DNA of 61,738 nucleotides from Pseudobacteriovorax sp. (GTDB lineage Bacteria; Bdellovibrionota_B; Oligoflexia; Oligoflexales; Oligoflexaceae). The notes under the pieces were generated by a model. It saw only the letters and a list, made by a program, of their open reading frames with translations. It had not been told where the DNA came from and searched no databases. The stretch spans positions 1 to 61,738 of the forward strand of contig JBNKNM010000015.1 in NCBI GenBank assembly GCA_050293845.1. The letters are read 5' to 3'. This document shows, in pieces, positions 23,339 through 33,954 of this stretch; positions within the stretch are counted from its first letter, which is position 1; every line of letters begins with the position of its first letter. The position numbers and the translations under genes are program-made.

Positions 23339-24130
23339 ATGGAATGGTCGATTGGTGGTAAGTCCGTTAGCAGCCGTTTCCTTTTAGGAACCGCACGCTA
23401 TCCCAGTCCGCAAATTTTACAAGATAGTATCGCAGCATCTGCCACTAGTATCATCACTGTATCACTACGCCGTGAATCGTCTCAGCAGAACCAAGGAGAT
23501 CGCTTTTGGGACTTTATCAAATCCTGCGGCTGCCATATCCTCCCTAATACTGCTGGATGTCATAGCGTAAAAGAGGCTGTGACAACAGCCTATATGGCTC
23601 GGGAATTATTTGACACTTCTTGGATTAAACTGGAAGTGATCGGCAATGATGAAACCTTGCAGCCAGATGTTTTTGGAGTGGTCGAGGCCGCGAAGATTCT
23701 TATTGAAGATGGCTTTGAGGTGTTCCCTTATACCACAGAAGATCTTATCGTAGCCGAAAAGCTGGTAAACCTAGGTTGCAACATCATCATGCCCTGGGGC
23801 GCACCCATTGGCAGCGGACAGGGTTTAAGAAATCCCGAAGCGCTACTGACCCTAAGAAAGCGACTTCCCCACATCCCACTGATCATCGATGCTGGTATTG
23901 GCAAACCCTCCCACGCCTGTGAAGCTATGGAAATGGGCTTTGACGGTGTCTTGTTAAATACAGCAGTAGCCCTAGCAGGACATCCAGCAGCCATGGCTAA
24001 AAATTTCGCCATGGCGATAGAAGCCGGTCGCTCAGCTTTTATAAATGGCACCATGCAGCGTCGAGAAACGGCTGCAGCTTCAACACCTACTGTAGGTGTT
24101 CCTTTTTGGCATGAAGAAGAACGCCTATGA
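23339..24130 (+). CDS. thiG: thiazole synthase
   Basis: [26 protein letters not shown] and DAGIGKPS. Confidence 0.96.
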   Translation: MEWSIGGKSVSSRFLLGTARYPSPQILQDSIAASATSIITVSLRRESSQQNQGDRFWDFIKSCGCHILPNTAGCHSVKEAVTTAYMARELFDTSWIKLEVIGNDETLQPDVFGVVEAAKILIEDGFEVFPYTTEDLIVAEKLVNLGCNIIMPWGAPIGSGQGLRNPEALLTLRKRLPHIPLIIDAGIGKPSHACEAMEMGFDGVLLNTAVALAGHPAAMAKNFAMAIEAGRSAFINGTMQRRETAAASTPTVGVPFWHEEERL

Positions 24131-25575
24131 TAACTATCGTAAACATTGCCGGCACTGACTCCCTCGGCTGTTCCGGCCTGCACCAAGACTTGCGAGCAGC
24201 GAATGCTCAGGGAGTCCATTGTTTTTCTGTAGTTACCACGGTTACAGCACAGAACCACAATCACCTTCAATCAAAGCAGGATATATCGTCTAAACTTATG
24301 TTAGAGCAGTGGGCGAAGATTATAGAAACCCAGCAACCTCAAGCTGTGAAAATAGGAATGCTGACCGATGTTGTAGCCACGCTACCACTTTTAGAGCAGG
24401 TGCGGCAGCTTAATATCCCCGTCGTGTTTGATCCTGTACGCAGCACCAGTTCCGAAGTCCAAACCTTGCCGGATACCATCAAACCCTTGATGATAAAGCA
24501 TATATTACCGATGACTACCATACTGACCCCTAATATTCCTGAATTAGAATGGCTGCTTGGTTCTCGGGTAGAGAACCGAGATGATATCAGAGCAGCGGCG
24601 AAGGCAATTGTGGCAAAGGGCTGTAAAAGCGTGCTGATAAAAGGAGGTCATAGTCCTGATGACAATGCAACAGACTACTTTTATGATGGTTCCCTAGGCA
24701 TCTGGCTAGCTAGTTCCCGGCTACCTTATGAGTTTCGCGGCACGGGTTGTTATCTTTCTACAGCCATTACTTGCTCCTTAGCTCGCGGCCTCTCCCTAAG
24801 GGAAGCGATTGTTGACGGAAAAACCCACTTACTCCAGGCTTTTGCGGACTCCTATGAGTTAGATGGCAAAAGAGTTTTGAGAGAACAAAAACCACCACAG
24901 CAGGTACCCTTATTGACCCGAACACATGAAAATCCAAGCCCCAGTAAGGCCTTTCCTGACATAGAACATGAGCCCATAGGATTTTATCCCATTTTTCCTA
25001 ACAGTCATTGGCTCAAACGCCTTGTCCCTCTTGGGATTAGAACAGCTCAAATCCGGATCAAAGATCGACAAGGACAAGACTTGATCACTGAACTGCAGGA
25101 GTCCATAGCAATTTGTCAGCGCTATAACTGCAGGTTATTTATCAACGATTACTGGCAGCTTGCTATGGAGTTAGGTGCATACGGTGTTCATCTAGGCCAA
25201 GAAGACATAAAGGAAGCCGATATCGCCGCTATGAAGCAGCGAGGACTCCGCTTGGGCGTTAGCACTCATTCCTTGGAAGAACTCAGTTATGGACTATCAT
25301 TTCTGCCCAGCTATGTAGCCCTCGGCCCCATTTTTCCAACCACGTGCAAATCTATGGCTTTCGGTCCTCAAGGGATACAACGCGTGGCGGAATGGGTTCG
25401 GTTATCCCCCGTCCCCGTAGTGGCCATCGGTGGTTTAAAGCCTGAGCATATTTCGCCTTTAGCGCGAACAGGTGCACAGGGGATCGCTTTGATTTCTGAT
25501 GTCACCCAGCATCAAAATCCCGAACAACGGACAAATGAATGGCTGAACTTAATGAAGATTGAGGGGGCATGGTAG
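24127..25575 (+). CDS. thiDE: bifunctional HMP(-P) kinase / thiamine-phosphate synthase (ThiD-ThiE fusion)
   Basis: N-half [21 protein letters not shown] and RGTGC; C-half [31 protein letters not shown] and VAIGG. Confidence 0.9.
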   Translation: MITIVNIAGTDSLGCSGLHQDLRAANAQGVHCFSVVTTVTAQNHNHLQSKQDISSKLMLEQWAKIIETQQPQAVKIGMLTDVVATLPLLEQVRQLNIPVVFDPVRSTSSEVQTLPDTIKPLMIKHILPMTTILTPNIPELEWLLGSRVENRDDIRAAAKAIVAKGCKSVLIKGGHSPDDNATDYFYDGSLGIWLASSRLPYEFRGTGCYLSTAITCSLARGLSLREAIVDGKTHLLQAFADSYELDGKRVLREQKPPQQVPLLTRTHENPSPSKAFPDIEHEPIGFYPIFPNSHWLKRLVPLGIRTAQIRIKDRQGQDLITELQESIAICQRYNCRLFINDYWQLAMELGAYGVHLGQEDIKEADIAAMKQRGLRLGVSTHSLEELSYGLSFLPSYVALGPIFPTTCKSMAFGPQGIQRVAEWVRLSPVPVVAIGGLKPEHISPLARTGAQGIALISDVTQHQNPEQRTNEWLNLMKIEGAW

Positions 25576-25629
25576 CTATGATAGTATCCAGCCGTTTGGT
25601 AAGAATGCGTTAAAATAGGAAACAAACTG

Positions 25630-26664
25630 ATGTCATCACCACTAGCTTCCCTTATAAAAACAGGTACAAAACTTTGGCTCGACTCCATTGATCCTCAACT
25701 GGTACACGATAACCGGCAAAAAGGAGCTACAGGTGCCACTTCAAACCCCATCATCGTAGCTAACCTTCTCAAAACCGGACGCTTCGACAATGAAATTAAG
25801 ACTTTAAAAGCCCAGGGGCAAAGTTCCCACGAAGTCACCTGGCAAATCACAGATCAACTGGTCAGCCAGGCGGAGCAGGTTTTCCTTCCCGTATTCCATG
25901 AAACGAAGGGAAATGATGGCTATGTCAGTTTCGAGCTAGACCCCCTTTTAGAAGATGCGGAGCAAGCCCCTCCCCATAAGGAGCGAGTCTCCGCATATAT
26001 AGCGCAAGCATTGCAGTGGTTCCAAGGCCATCCGAATCGCCTCATAAAGGTTCCCGCCACACCAGCAGGAATTGACTCCCTAGAGGAGATGGTTGCTGCA
26101 GGCGTTAATGTGAACGTAACCCTTATTTTCAGCATCGCCCAGTACGAAGCTGCCCGTGATGCCGTTTGGAAGGGAGCGCAGCGTCGCCAGTCCCTAGAGA
26201 CCTTCAAAAGCGTTTTTAGCATTTTTGTGTCACGTCTTGATGTCTATGCAGCGAAAACAGCTTCCACCATGAGCGAGGAGGCCCAAGGCTCGGTTGGTAT
26301 TCTCAATGCCAAAAGAGTTTGGAAGCTCAATAAGACATTCTGGTCCGATAAGAACACTCCCCTAGAACAGGAAATGATTTTTGCTAGCACCGGAACCAAA
26401 AAGCCTGATGATCCTCAATGGAAATACGTAGCAGCCTTTGCAGGTAGCGACATTGAGACAAACCCTCCGGCAACCAACGATGCCGTGGAAACTTCGGGTA
26501 AAGAGTTTTCATCCGCTATAGAATCCCTACCGCCAGATGCCATCATCACAGAAATAGACAAACATATTGACTGGAAGCATCTAGAAGATACTCTGATGGC
26601 TGAGGGGCTAGCAAAATTTGCAGAGCCTCAAAAAGACCTGCTGGCTCTTGTCGAGACCATTTAA
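25630..26664 (+). CDS. tal: transaldolase family protein
   Basis: LWLDS, GATSNP, YVSFELDP, IKVPAT, VNVTLIFS, SIFVSRLD and ASTGTK. Confidence 0.88.
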   Translation: MSSPLASLIKTGTKLWLDSIDPQLVHDNRQKGATGATSNPIIVANLLKTGRFDNEIKTLKAQGQSSHEVTWQITDQLVSQAEQVFLPVFHETKGNDGYVSFELDPLLEDAEQAPPHKERVSAYIAQALQWFQGHPNRLIKVPATPAGIDSLEEMVAAGVNVNVTLIFSIAQYEAARDAVWKGAQRRQSLETFKSVFSIFVSRLDVYAAKTASTMSEEAQGSVGILNAKRVWKLNKTFWSDKNTPLEQEMIFASTGTKKPDDPQWKYVAAFAGSDIETNPPATNDAVETSGKEFSSAIESLPPDAIITEIDKHIDWKHLEDTLMAEGLAKFAEPQKDLLALVETI

Positions 26665-26716
26665 GTGTAAATTGCAACCGCCTCCGCCAGCGGTTTTTGT
26701 GACGAAAGGAACTCCA

Positions 26717-27370
26717 TTGAAAGCTATTTCATTAACTCCAGCGCTTTATGACTATTTGCTGCAACATGCTCCAGAACCTCATCCCATTTTACCCGAGATA
26801 GCCGAAGCTACCCGTAGTCGCAGCGATCAGAATATGCAGATCAGTCCCGATCAAGGACGATTTATGCACTTACTAACCAAGTTATTAGGGGCCAAAAAAG
26901 CTGTTGAAGTAGGCTGCTTTACCGGTTACTCAGCTGTAGCTGTGGCCTCTGCCCTCCCCTCTGACGGCAAATTGATTAGCCTGGACATCGATTCTGAAAC
27001 CGCCCAAATTGCCCAAAGCTTTTTTACCAAGGCGGGCTTGGATCAAAAAATTGAAATCAAGGTCGCTCCAGCCCTGGAATCTTTGACAGCGTTGGCAGAA
27101 GAATCTTCTGGAAGCTTCGACCTTGCTTTTATTGATGCTGACAAAGTAAACTACCAGGCTTATTATGAAAAATGCCTACAGCTGCTGCGCCCCGGGGGAG
27201 TGATTCTCGCTGATAATGTCCTTTGGAGTGGTTCTATCATAGACAGTAGCAATCAGGAGGAGTCAACCCAAGCCCTTCGGCAGTTTAACGAGTTTGTTAA
27301 AACTGATAGCCGTGTAAGCGCCATGATACTCCCCATAGCTGATGGACTATATCTGGCTGTGAAAAAGTGA
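26717..27370 (+). CDS. class I SAM-dependent O-methyltransferase (caffeoyl-CoA OMT-like)
   Basis: MQISPDQG, VEVGCFTGYS, FIDADK and ADNVLWSG; probable TTG start at 26717. Confidence 0.9.
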   Translation: MKAISLTPALYDYLLQHAPEPHPILPEIAEATRSRSDQNMQISPDQGRFMHLLTKLLGAKKAVEVGCFTGYSAVAVASALPSDGKLISLDIDSETAQIAQSFFTKAGLDQKIEIKVAPALESLTALAEESSGSFDLAFIDADKVNYQAYYEKCLQLLRPGGVILADNVLWSGSIIDSSNQEESTQALRQFNEFVKTDSRVSAMILPIADGLYLAVKK

Positions 27371-27449
27371 TTCTCTTACTGGTAGCTCTATGCCTGAATT
27401 GAGAGTAAACTGAAGAAACTGCTAATAAACGCTTCTGCAAGGAGATGTT

Positions 27450-28043
27450 ATGTTTGGAATTGGCCCTCTTGAGTTACTTGTTGTTGCTGTTGTAGCAATC
27501 GTAGTGGTCGGGCCCCAGAGATTGCCGGAGTTAATGCGTAAATTCGGCAAATTATTTGTGCAGTTGCGACGCCAAACCCATGAAATTCGTACCGGATTCA
27601 ATGATGTCATCCGCGACGCGGAGCGCGAACTTGAGCTTGAAAAGATTAAAGAACTGAAGAGCAAGTTGGATAATGTAAAAGACGGGAAAGTGGTGGAAAA
27701 TGCTATCAAAGAAGCGGTCGGCATGGAGAAAGTAGAGAACGAATACCACGACTCCCACTATAAGGAAGGTGAGTTTCAAAAAGGGGACCATGATGACGGT
27801 TATATTGATGCGGACACCCTATTAGCAGAGGCGCAAAAGCGATCTGAAGAAATTTTACGACCAAAGCAACCCCATGCGAAACAGGATACCAGTAATACGT
27901 CCCCAGAAGGGAGTGAATCTGTAGCCAAGCCCCAAGACTTAGAAGCTTCCGATTTAGACCCTCTCCATCAAAACCCAAAACCCGAACCTACAGCAGTACC
28001 TGAGCCCTCCTCCGAGAAAAAAAAACAGGATGAGTCCCCATAA
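27450..28043 (+). CDS. tatB: Tat translocase subunit TatB
   Basis: MFGIGPLELLVVAVVAIVVVGPQRLPE plus a long disordered tail. Confidence 0.88.
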   Translation: MFGIGPLELLVVAVVAIVVVGPQRLPELMRKFGKLFVQLRRQTHEIRTGFNDVIRDAERELELEKIKELKSKLDNVKDGKVVENAIKEAVGMEKVENEYHDSHYKEGEFQKGDHDDGYIDADTLLAEAQKRSEEILRPKQPHAKQDTSNTSPEGSESVAKPQDLEASDLDPLHQNPKPEPTAVPEPSSEKKKQDESP

Positions 28044-28159
28044 TAGGGTGTTAGATGTACTGAGCTTTCTACCCACATGACCACGAACGTGATACAATAA
28101 ATACCAGTAGCCCTACCCTATAATGGAACTTAAAATAACTATGGGACTCGAGTATCTAT

Positions 28160-29635
28160 ATGGTTACATCGTTCATCCAGGTACTTTCCAAGCTTGTCTT
28201 ATGGCTATTTCTATATATCGCCTTCAGCCTTACTGGTTATGGAGAACCTTGGCTAGGAACTAGGTTCGCACAGAACTGTGCGGGATGCCATGCACCCGGA
28301 CGTAAAAATCTTCCTCCAGTCCTACGCCGTTGCACCCTATCCTGCCAGGGATGTCACGTAAATCCCAATGGAGGCGGACTGCGATCTTTCTATGGAAAAT
28401 GGAATGAAAATTTTTGGTTACGCTCTTATAGATCTAAGAAATTGCAGCAACCCAAGCTTGCAGCCCCCTTACACAAGCAGTTTTATGGACGTAGCCGAAA
28501 AAGCAGCGCTATTGTCAAAAACATTAAAAAAATTATCCGTCAGGGCTTTCCTTTAGTGCGCAGTAAGAATGAATTTGAGAACGAGCTGCTGTATGATCGC
28601 TATCACGATAAGTATCACCAGACGAATGCCAGATCCCGGCGCGAATTTGAGTTTTCTATTCCCCAAACAGACCCCTATCGGCAGATGGATGAACAGCGTA
28701 TCGATGGGGGGGCTGATATTCGTTTTCTGGCTTTTCAGCAAAATGGGGGCAACGACTCGAACTTCCATCCGTTTCTCATGGAAGCAACTTTTGGATTACG
28801 CTACCGCCCTTTAAGGCATACTCATCTGGTCTACGAAGCTCGTTATGCTGGCCCCCCCGTGGGTCAAACCATTGATGGCATTCCGGGGAAAGAGAAAACC
28901 CGCAGCATTTATTTGATGCAAGACGATTTACCCTGGAATATTTTTGCCATGGGGGGATACTACAAACCCCTATTTGGCAACTATACCCCTGACCATACGG
29001 CGTTAGCGCAGGAAATGACAGCGCAAGCCTTAGGTCTCAATGTTAATATGTCCCAAGCTCTATATAAAGCCATATCCTTAGGTGCCGCGCCAAATGTTCC
29101 TTTTGGCAACCTACACTATATCATCAAGCGCATTGACGCCCAACCCGTTGAAGAGTCTGGTATTGCCGGAAATTTTGGCCTCCGTTTTGTCACCTTGGGG
29201 GCGCAAATAAACTACAGCTTCTGGTCGACCACCGACAACACTGATAACAATAATGAAATCAAAGTTGAAATGCATGCCTTTGAACTCAGAGGACGTTTGC
29301 GCGAATACATCGTCGGTATAGAGTTTGTCTCATTTAGCCGCGATGAGGAGCTCAGTGACTTTCGAGAAGGAGGCGTTGTAACTCTAGAAGGTAAATACAA
29401 GATCTCGAAAGAAAACTACATCACGGCGGCCTATGCCCAGAGCAATGTTTCCCGTAACATATTACCAGGAACAGCAAGTCAAATGAGGGTTGGTAGCCGT
29501 CACTTTCTCTATCCCGGCCTTGACCTGAGTACCCAGTATAGCATCGATAAGGATCGGCAAGATCAAGTCTCTGCGGGACAAAGCCCTGACAACAACATCA
29601 CTACCATTTCCTTCATGGTTCATACTTATTTCTAG
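28160..29635 (+). CDS. putative two-heme c-type cytochrome fused to an outer-membrane beta-barrel
   Basis: Signal peptide, CAGCH and CQGCH, NPNGGGLR; amphipathic beta strands with terminal HTYF. Confidence 0.7.
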   Translation: MVTSFIQVLSKLVLWLFLYIAFSLTGYGEPWLGTRFAQNCAGCHAPGRKNLPPVLRRCTLSCQGCHVNPNGGGLRSFYGKWNENFWLRSYRSKKLQQPKLAAPLHKQFYGRSRKSSAIVKNIKKIIRQGFPLVRSKNEFENELLYDRYHDKYHQTNARSRREFEFSIPQTDPYRQMDEQRIDGGADIRFLAFQQNGGNDSNFHPFLMEATFGLRYRPLRHTHLVYEARYAGPPVGQTIDGIPGKEKTRSIYLMQDDLPWNIFAMGGYYKPLFGNYTPDHTALAQEMTAQALGLNVNMSQALYKAISLGAAPNVPFGNLHYIIKRIDAQPVEESGIAGNFGLRFVTLGAQINYSFWSTTDNTDNNNEIKVEMHAFELRGRLREYIVGIEFVSFSRDEELSDFREGGVVTLEGKYKISKENYITAAYAQSNVSRNILPGTASQMRVGSRHFLYPGLDLSTQYSIDKDRQDQVSAGQSPDNNITTISFMVHTYF

Positions 29636-30441
29636 GCTATGATTTCGACCTTATCCTCTAATTTTATGATTTGACCGGCCCCTTCAACAATATACATATT
29701 TACTCCGAAGGTTAGACCTGCGACCTTTTCACTATAACGGTAGGTTGCAAGGGTCTTGAGAGGTTCCGCTCCTTTTTGCTCTGTGCTTTGATCGAGAGTG
29801 GTGATGGCACATCGTGCGCAAGGTTTGGCAAATGCAAATATGACAGATCCAATACGCAAGTGCTGGATTTCATCTTCCCTATAGGGAATATCCCACCCAG
29901 ATATCACAATATTGCTACGAAAGCGCTCCATGGGGACAGGGACCGCACCTGTAGAAGTTATACGATGATTTAAGTCGTCTAGGGATTCCCGGCTGGTAAT
30001 CAGATAGGGATAACCATCGGCAAACCTGTGATACACCTGCCGATCGGTATACCTGTGGTTAGCGAGCCGGCGTGAGTCCGGTCCGAAAGCTACCAATCGA
30101 ACAGGCATCTGAAGGTATTTGCTTAAAAAATTGTTGATCTCTGCATCTTGAGTGTAAGCTTTAAGCTCATCCCGCCATACTTTTACCAAACATATATCAT
30201 TCCAAGTTCGTGTAGCACATACTTGACCACTGGGTGTCTGAATCGTAATGTGATTATCATGAGTATCAAGGCTAATATGCATCATTCTAGGGCTTTTACG
30301 TTGTGTCACAAACTGATGATTGCTATCCACAATCATAAACTCGCGATCACCTTCCAGCCCATGGGAATAAGCAACTCCTTGAGTGACACCAACACCAGCC
30401 CCTGACTTGAGAGGATAATAATTAAGTTTCTCGATGCGCAT
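29632..30441 (-). CDS. MOSC domain protein (YcbX-like)
   Basis: YPLKSGAG, DREFM, FADGYP, RFRSNIVI and KPCARC; start set to ATG 30441. Confidence 0.9.
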   Translation of the reverse strand: MRIEKLNYYPLKSGAGVGVTQGVAYSHGLEGDREFMIVDSNHQFVTQRKSPRMMHISLDTHDNHITIQTPSGQVCATRTWNDICLVKVWRDELKAYTQDAEINNFLSKYLQMPVRLVAFGPDSRRLANHRYTDRQVYHRFADGYPYLITSRESLDDLNHRITSTGAVPVPMERFRSNIVISGWDIPYREDEIQHLRIGSVIFAFAKPCARCAITTLDQSTEQKGAEPLKTLATYRYSEKVAGLTFGVNMYIVEGAGQIIKLEDKVEIIA

Positions 30442-30518
30442 ATACTTGAACCTGTAAATTATGCTAAAATTTTCACACTTCATCCATTTAACGGCGTAAT
30501 CCGCAGGATGGTGACCTT

Positions 30519-31472
30519 TTGAAATTCTTGATGTATTTTTTGCTACTCTCCTTGAGTCCCTTGTCCCATTCCTGGAGCTATAGCAAAGCAAACCCCCTGC
30601 AACCCTGGAATGGAGAATACCTTAAGACATCGGAATCCGCTGCTTTTTTGAAAACCAGGCTAAGAGGTTTTAAACGATCGCGTCGCGGTAATTTTATTGC
30701 CGGCGACATCGTGTTTACACTCGCGAATACACAAACCCAGCAAAATTATACATTTTCCCAGGGAGTCCAAGGGAGAGGACAGCCAAAATGGATATGGAGA
30801 ATTCCAGCTGGTTCCTACTATTTAAAAAAAATTTCCCTCATCGATAATGCCGGTCGTACCCTTATATACCGTGGTAAAGGTGACAAGATTTTCTATATGA
30901 AGCAATACTATTTAAGCAATCTAGGGTTTTGGACCATGCGTCCTGGCTCGAAGTCTTCAATTATATTAACTATTAAAAAAGCGCCTCCCTATTATAAGCA
31001 CAAGTTCTCACACCACGCATTTGTCGCTCTCCTTGATGGACTTTCGGGTAACATCCAAAAAATATTAGGCGGCAACAGCGTCATTAAAGAAGCCACCAAT
31101 AATTTTGGCACCAAGGATGAAGTCCGCGCTGTCTTTACGAGTTCCCGGCAAGTGGCGATGTTCTATAAAATAAATTTAGGGCGGCATAATAAGTATGCGC
31201 CGACCATATTAAAGACTATTCAAAACCAAGAAATTAATTTTCGCAGCTGCTACACCGATGCTCTAGAGAGCGCACCCAAGTTATCAGGTAATGTCAAATT
31301 TTTATTTGGAATCAATAAGAGTAATGGACTTATTGAGGAAATTAAAAAACGAGGGGGATCTATAAAAAATCAAGAAATGATAAAGTGCCTATACTATAAT
31401 CTGGGGTTGATGCAATTCCCTGTCGCGCTGCATATGAAGGGTACAATAACGTTTATTTTCAAGGTCCAATAA
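30519..31472 (+). CDS. exported protein with AgmX/PglI (TonB-C-like) C-terminal domain
   Basis: Signal peptide; FRSCYTDAL...LSGNVKFLFGI...CL....MQFP. Confidence 0.65.
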   Translation: MKFLMYFLLLSLSPLSHSWSYSKANPLQPWNGEYLKTSESAAFLKTRLRGFKRSRRGNFIAGDIVFTLANTQTQQNYTFSQGVQGRGQPKWIWRIPAGSYYLKKISLIDNAGRTLIYRGKGDKIFYMKQYYLSNLGFWTMRPGSKSSIILTIKKAPPYYKHKFSHHAFVALLDGLSGNIQKILGGNSVIKEATNNFGTKDEVRAVFTSSRQVAMFYKINLGRHNKYAPTILKTIQNQEINFRSCYTDALESAPKLSGNVKFLFGINKSNGLIEEIKKRGGSIKNQEMIKCLYYNLGLMQFPVALHMKGTITFIFKVQ

Positions 31473-31486
31473 AACAGGAGTCGCTA

Positions 31487-31771
31487 ATGGATACCGAGAA
31501 TATAAAAAATAATGTGCAAAAATCAGGCACTTGGATACGGGGGCTCCACATGCTCTTACTGTTTATTGCCTTGCGTATCACCGAGATCATACTCTATGCC
31601 ATGATAATCTTTCAATTTGGCATGACATTATTTACAGGTAAAAAGCACGAGCCCCTAGAAAAATTTTCCATCAACCTGACACACTATATTAAAAATATCT
31701 TTCTATATCTTTCTTTCAACTCTGACCAACGTCCTTTCCCATTTGCAGAATGGGATGACAGTATTAAATAG
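31487..31771 (+). CDS. DUF4389-like small membrane protein
   Basis: WIRGLHMLL...FQF...YLSFNSDQRPFPF. Confidence 0.75.
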   Translation: MDTENIKNNVQKSGTWIRGLHMLLLFIALRITEIILYAMIIFQFGMTLFTGKKHEPLEKFSINLTHYIKNIFLYLSFNSDQRPFPFAEWDDSIK

Positions 31772-31819
31772 GCCACTCTTTCAAGTGGCCCTCATAAATA
31801 AGAATAAGAATGAACCTAG

Positions 31820-32006
31820 CGAACAACGTTTCCAGCGAATGCCAAATATAAGAGCTATTTGGCCGTCGATCGAATCATTGGTAAAATCTTTCTGCACTTG
31901 AAAAATTGGCCATGCTTGTGTTACGAACAACGCCTCCAGCGAATGCCATATTTATGAGTTATTTGGCCATCGATCGAATCATTGGTAATTAACCCTTCTG
32001 CATTTG
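31820..32006. repeat. degenerate direct repeat of the last ~83 nt of the DUF4360 gene (31820-31900 vs 31924-32006)
   Basis: Manual alignment shows 10 substitutions and one 2-nt indel. Confidence 0.9.
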
Positions 32007-32565
32007 GATAATTGGATTTGCTGGTGTTACGGACACGAATCCCAGTATTGATGTTAAGGGCTCGGGAGGCATTACAGTCTGACCAAACGAGCGACGTAAA
32101 CCCAATGCGATCAGTGAAAGTATAATCCTCATCTATTTCCCCGTTCATAACTGAGGAGAACCGACCTGTAAGCCTTCTTCCTTGAAAATAATAGGATGTG
32201 CTGTGGGTTGCTCGCATACCTTTATCTAGATAAACATAGCCACGATAATCAAAAGTACCTAAGGAAAATTGCCAGCCTTGAGGTACATGTAGATCTAGCG
32301 TGAGCTGACAATTGCGACGACTATCCCCTATGTCAACATTAGGGCCAGCCTCAGCAATATAATCCGAAAATGTAACGGTAAAAGCCGTTTTATCGGGTGA
32401 TATATTTTCTGCCACAGTTCCAATGGGACAGCCACTGCCGTTATAAGTAATATCTTGGATATAAACTTCACTTAGGGGGGGAGTCGGACTCATTGCTGAT
32501 GCTAGCCCTGCAACGGAGAGAGCAACAGTCGGCATGAGGTACTTAGAAATCTGCATAATATTCAT
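31921..32565 (-). CDS. DUF4360 family secreted protein
   Basis: Signal peptide, YNGSGCPIGT, RRNCQLTL, DYRGY and WRRC end; start ATG 32565 after AAAGGA. Confidence 0.85.
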   Translation of the reverse strand: MNIMQISKYLMPTVALSVAGLASAMSPTPPLSEVYIQDITYNGSGCPIGTVAENISPDKTAFTVTFSDYIAEAGPNVDIGDSRRNCQLTLDLHVPQGWQFSLGTFDYRGYVYLDKGMRATHSTSYYFQGRRLTGRFSSVMNGEIDEDYTFTDRIGFTSLVWSDCNASRALNINTGIRVRNTSKSNYPNAEGLITNDSIDGQITHKYGIRWRRCS

Positions 32566-32841
32566 TGGATATCCTTTCACAATGGGTTGAGGTGCATAGT
32601 TTAAAAATTTGTAAACCATTGTGCAGAGCTTATGCCAGATCCTGCGAACCGCTCACTTATGTGTTCTTTAAACTCTTTAGTCCCGAAACAATTAGGGAAA
32701 TAAGCGTAAACCTACAGAACAAACTCGTAGTGCTTACAGAATAAGATTAGAAAAGATCAAATTTAAAGACTGAGATACAAAAAGATTAATGAGATCCTCT
32801 GAGACAGGGTGTGTAAAACATAGCCAAGCGCAACACGACCA

Positions 32842-33321
32842 TTAAGAGGCTTTAGGTAAGAACTTAATAAAAGAGAAGTAGACTTCTAAATTATGATCTA
32901 ACTCCATTGTGCTGCCACAAGCATTACAACCTTTTTCCAGAAATTGATTGAGGTCAGAATCAGCATGAATATCCTTGACTGCTTCCAGCAACCGCTTCTC
33001 TTCTATGTTACAGGAATCACAGACATAGTGGACAAAGAAAGACTCCACTACTCCATTTTTTCCTATAAACTCCGGAATCATCGCAAACTGGTCCACAATC
33101 ACGGAAGAACAATTAATCAGGTGAAGATTACTCTTAGTGCTCATTACAGCCTGAATCCATTCACGCACACCTGAGCTGTTTATTCTTTCAATATCATTGA
33201 AATCAACCCAAATATCCGATGGTTTACCCGCAAACAACTGCGAAAAATCACTATACTCATCAATAATGCCGGATATCATTACCAAACATTCAGTTATCCA
33301 TGTGATCTTACATTTGTTCAA
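32842..33321 (-). CDS. STAS-like protein with C-terminal Zn ribbon
   Basis: ISGIIDE, INSSGVREWI, CDSC...CNAC. Confidence 0.75.
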   Translation of the reverse strand: MNKCKITWITECLVMISGIIDEYSDFSQLFAGKPSDIWVDFNDIERINSSGVREWIQAVMSTKSNLHLINCSSVIVDQFAMIPEFIGKNGVVESFFVHYVCDSCNIEEKRLLEAVKDIHADSDLNQFLEKGCNACGSTMELDHNLEVYFSFIKFLPKAS

Positions 33322-33357
33322 AGACCGAACTCCCCCGAAATAGCAGCTAATGTTAGT

Positions 33358-33384
33358 GCATCGGAGGAATATATCTTTACTTTA
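33358..33384 (-). promoter_or_regulatory. sigma28 (FliA)-like promoter
   Basis: TAAA-N15-TCCGATGC upstream of the 33321 gene. Confidence 0.55.
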
Positions 33385-33395
33385 GAAGGGGAGCC

Positions 33396-33857
33396 TCATT
33401 CCAAAAACTGCAGATAGTTTTCTTCATCTTCTTCTAAATTGAAGTGACTGCCACACTTGGGGCAATGCTGATTTTGAATCTTTTCATAAAGGGACTCAAT
33501 CTTACCTGTTTTAAATAATATGAGTTCCTCATGTCCACAATGCTCACATGTGTATTCTCCGTAAAAGCTCAATACCTTGGCGGAGCCCTTAAAGTGCGCC
33601 ATCATATTCATTTGCATCACGATATCTGGAGTACAATATTCGAAAAAAATCGACCTTCCCTCCTGGATATGTCTTAAAAAATTGATCCAGTTACGGATTC
33701 CCAAGGAATTTACGTAGTCAACTGCTGCAAAATTGAAAATGATTGTTTTTTCTACTCGGCTATATAAATCGGTTAGTACTTTTCCCGCATTCTCATTAAT
33801 AGGACCTTTAAGGTATACTATCGACTTTCTATCTTCTTCAAGAAGATCTATCTCCAT
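33396..33857 (-). CDS. STAS-like protein with C-terminal Zn ribbon (paralogue)
   Basis: LKGPINE, VNSLGIRNWI, CEHC...CPKC; start set to ATG 33857. Confidence 0.75.
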   Translation of the reverse strand: MEIDLLEEDRKSIVYLKGPINENAGKVLTDLYSRVEKTIIFNFAAVDYVNSLGIRNWINFLRHIQEGRSIFFEYCTPDIVMQMNMMAHFKGSAKVLSFYGEYTCEHCGHEELILFKTGKIESLYEKIQNQHCPKCGSHFNLEEDEENYLQFLE

Positions 33858-33954
33858 AGCCAAATCCCAACTAGGAAGTTTATTCTCTACAGACCCTTGC
33901 AAAAAAGTGTCACAATCGGTTCTATTATACCACAATCAATATTTAACGTACTTG

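Noticed and set aside
31820..32006. Diversity-generating retroelement TR/VR pair
   Set aside because: There is no reverse transcriptase in the window, the A-mismatches occur in both directions, and there is an indel plus one non-A change.
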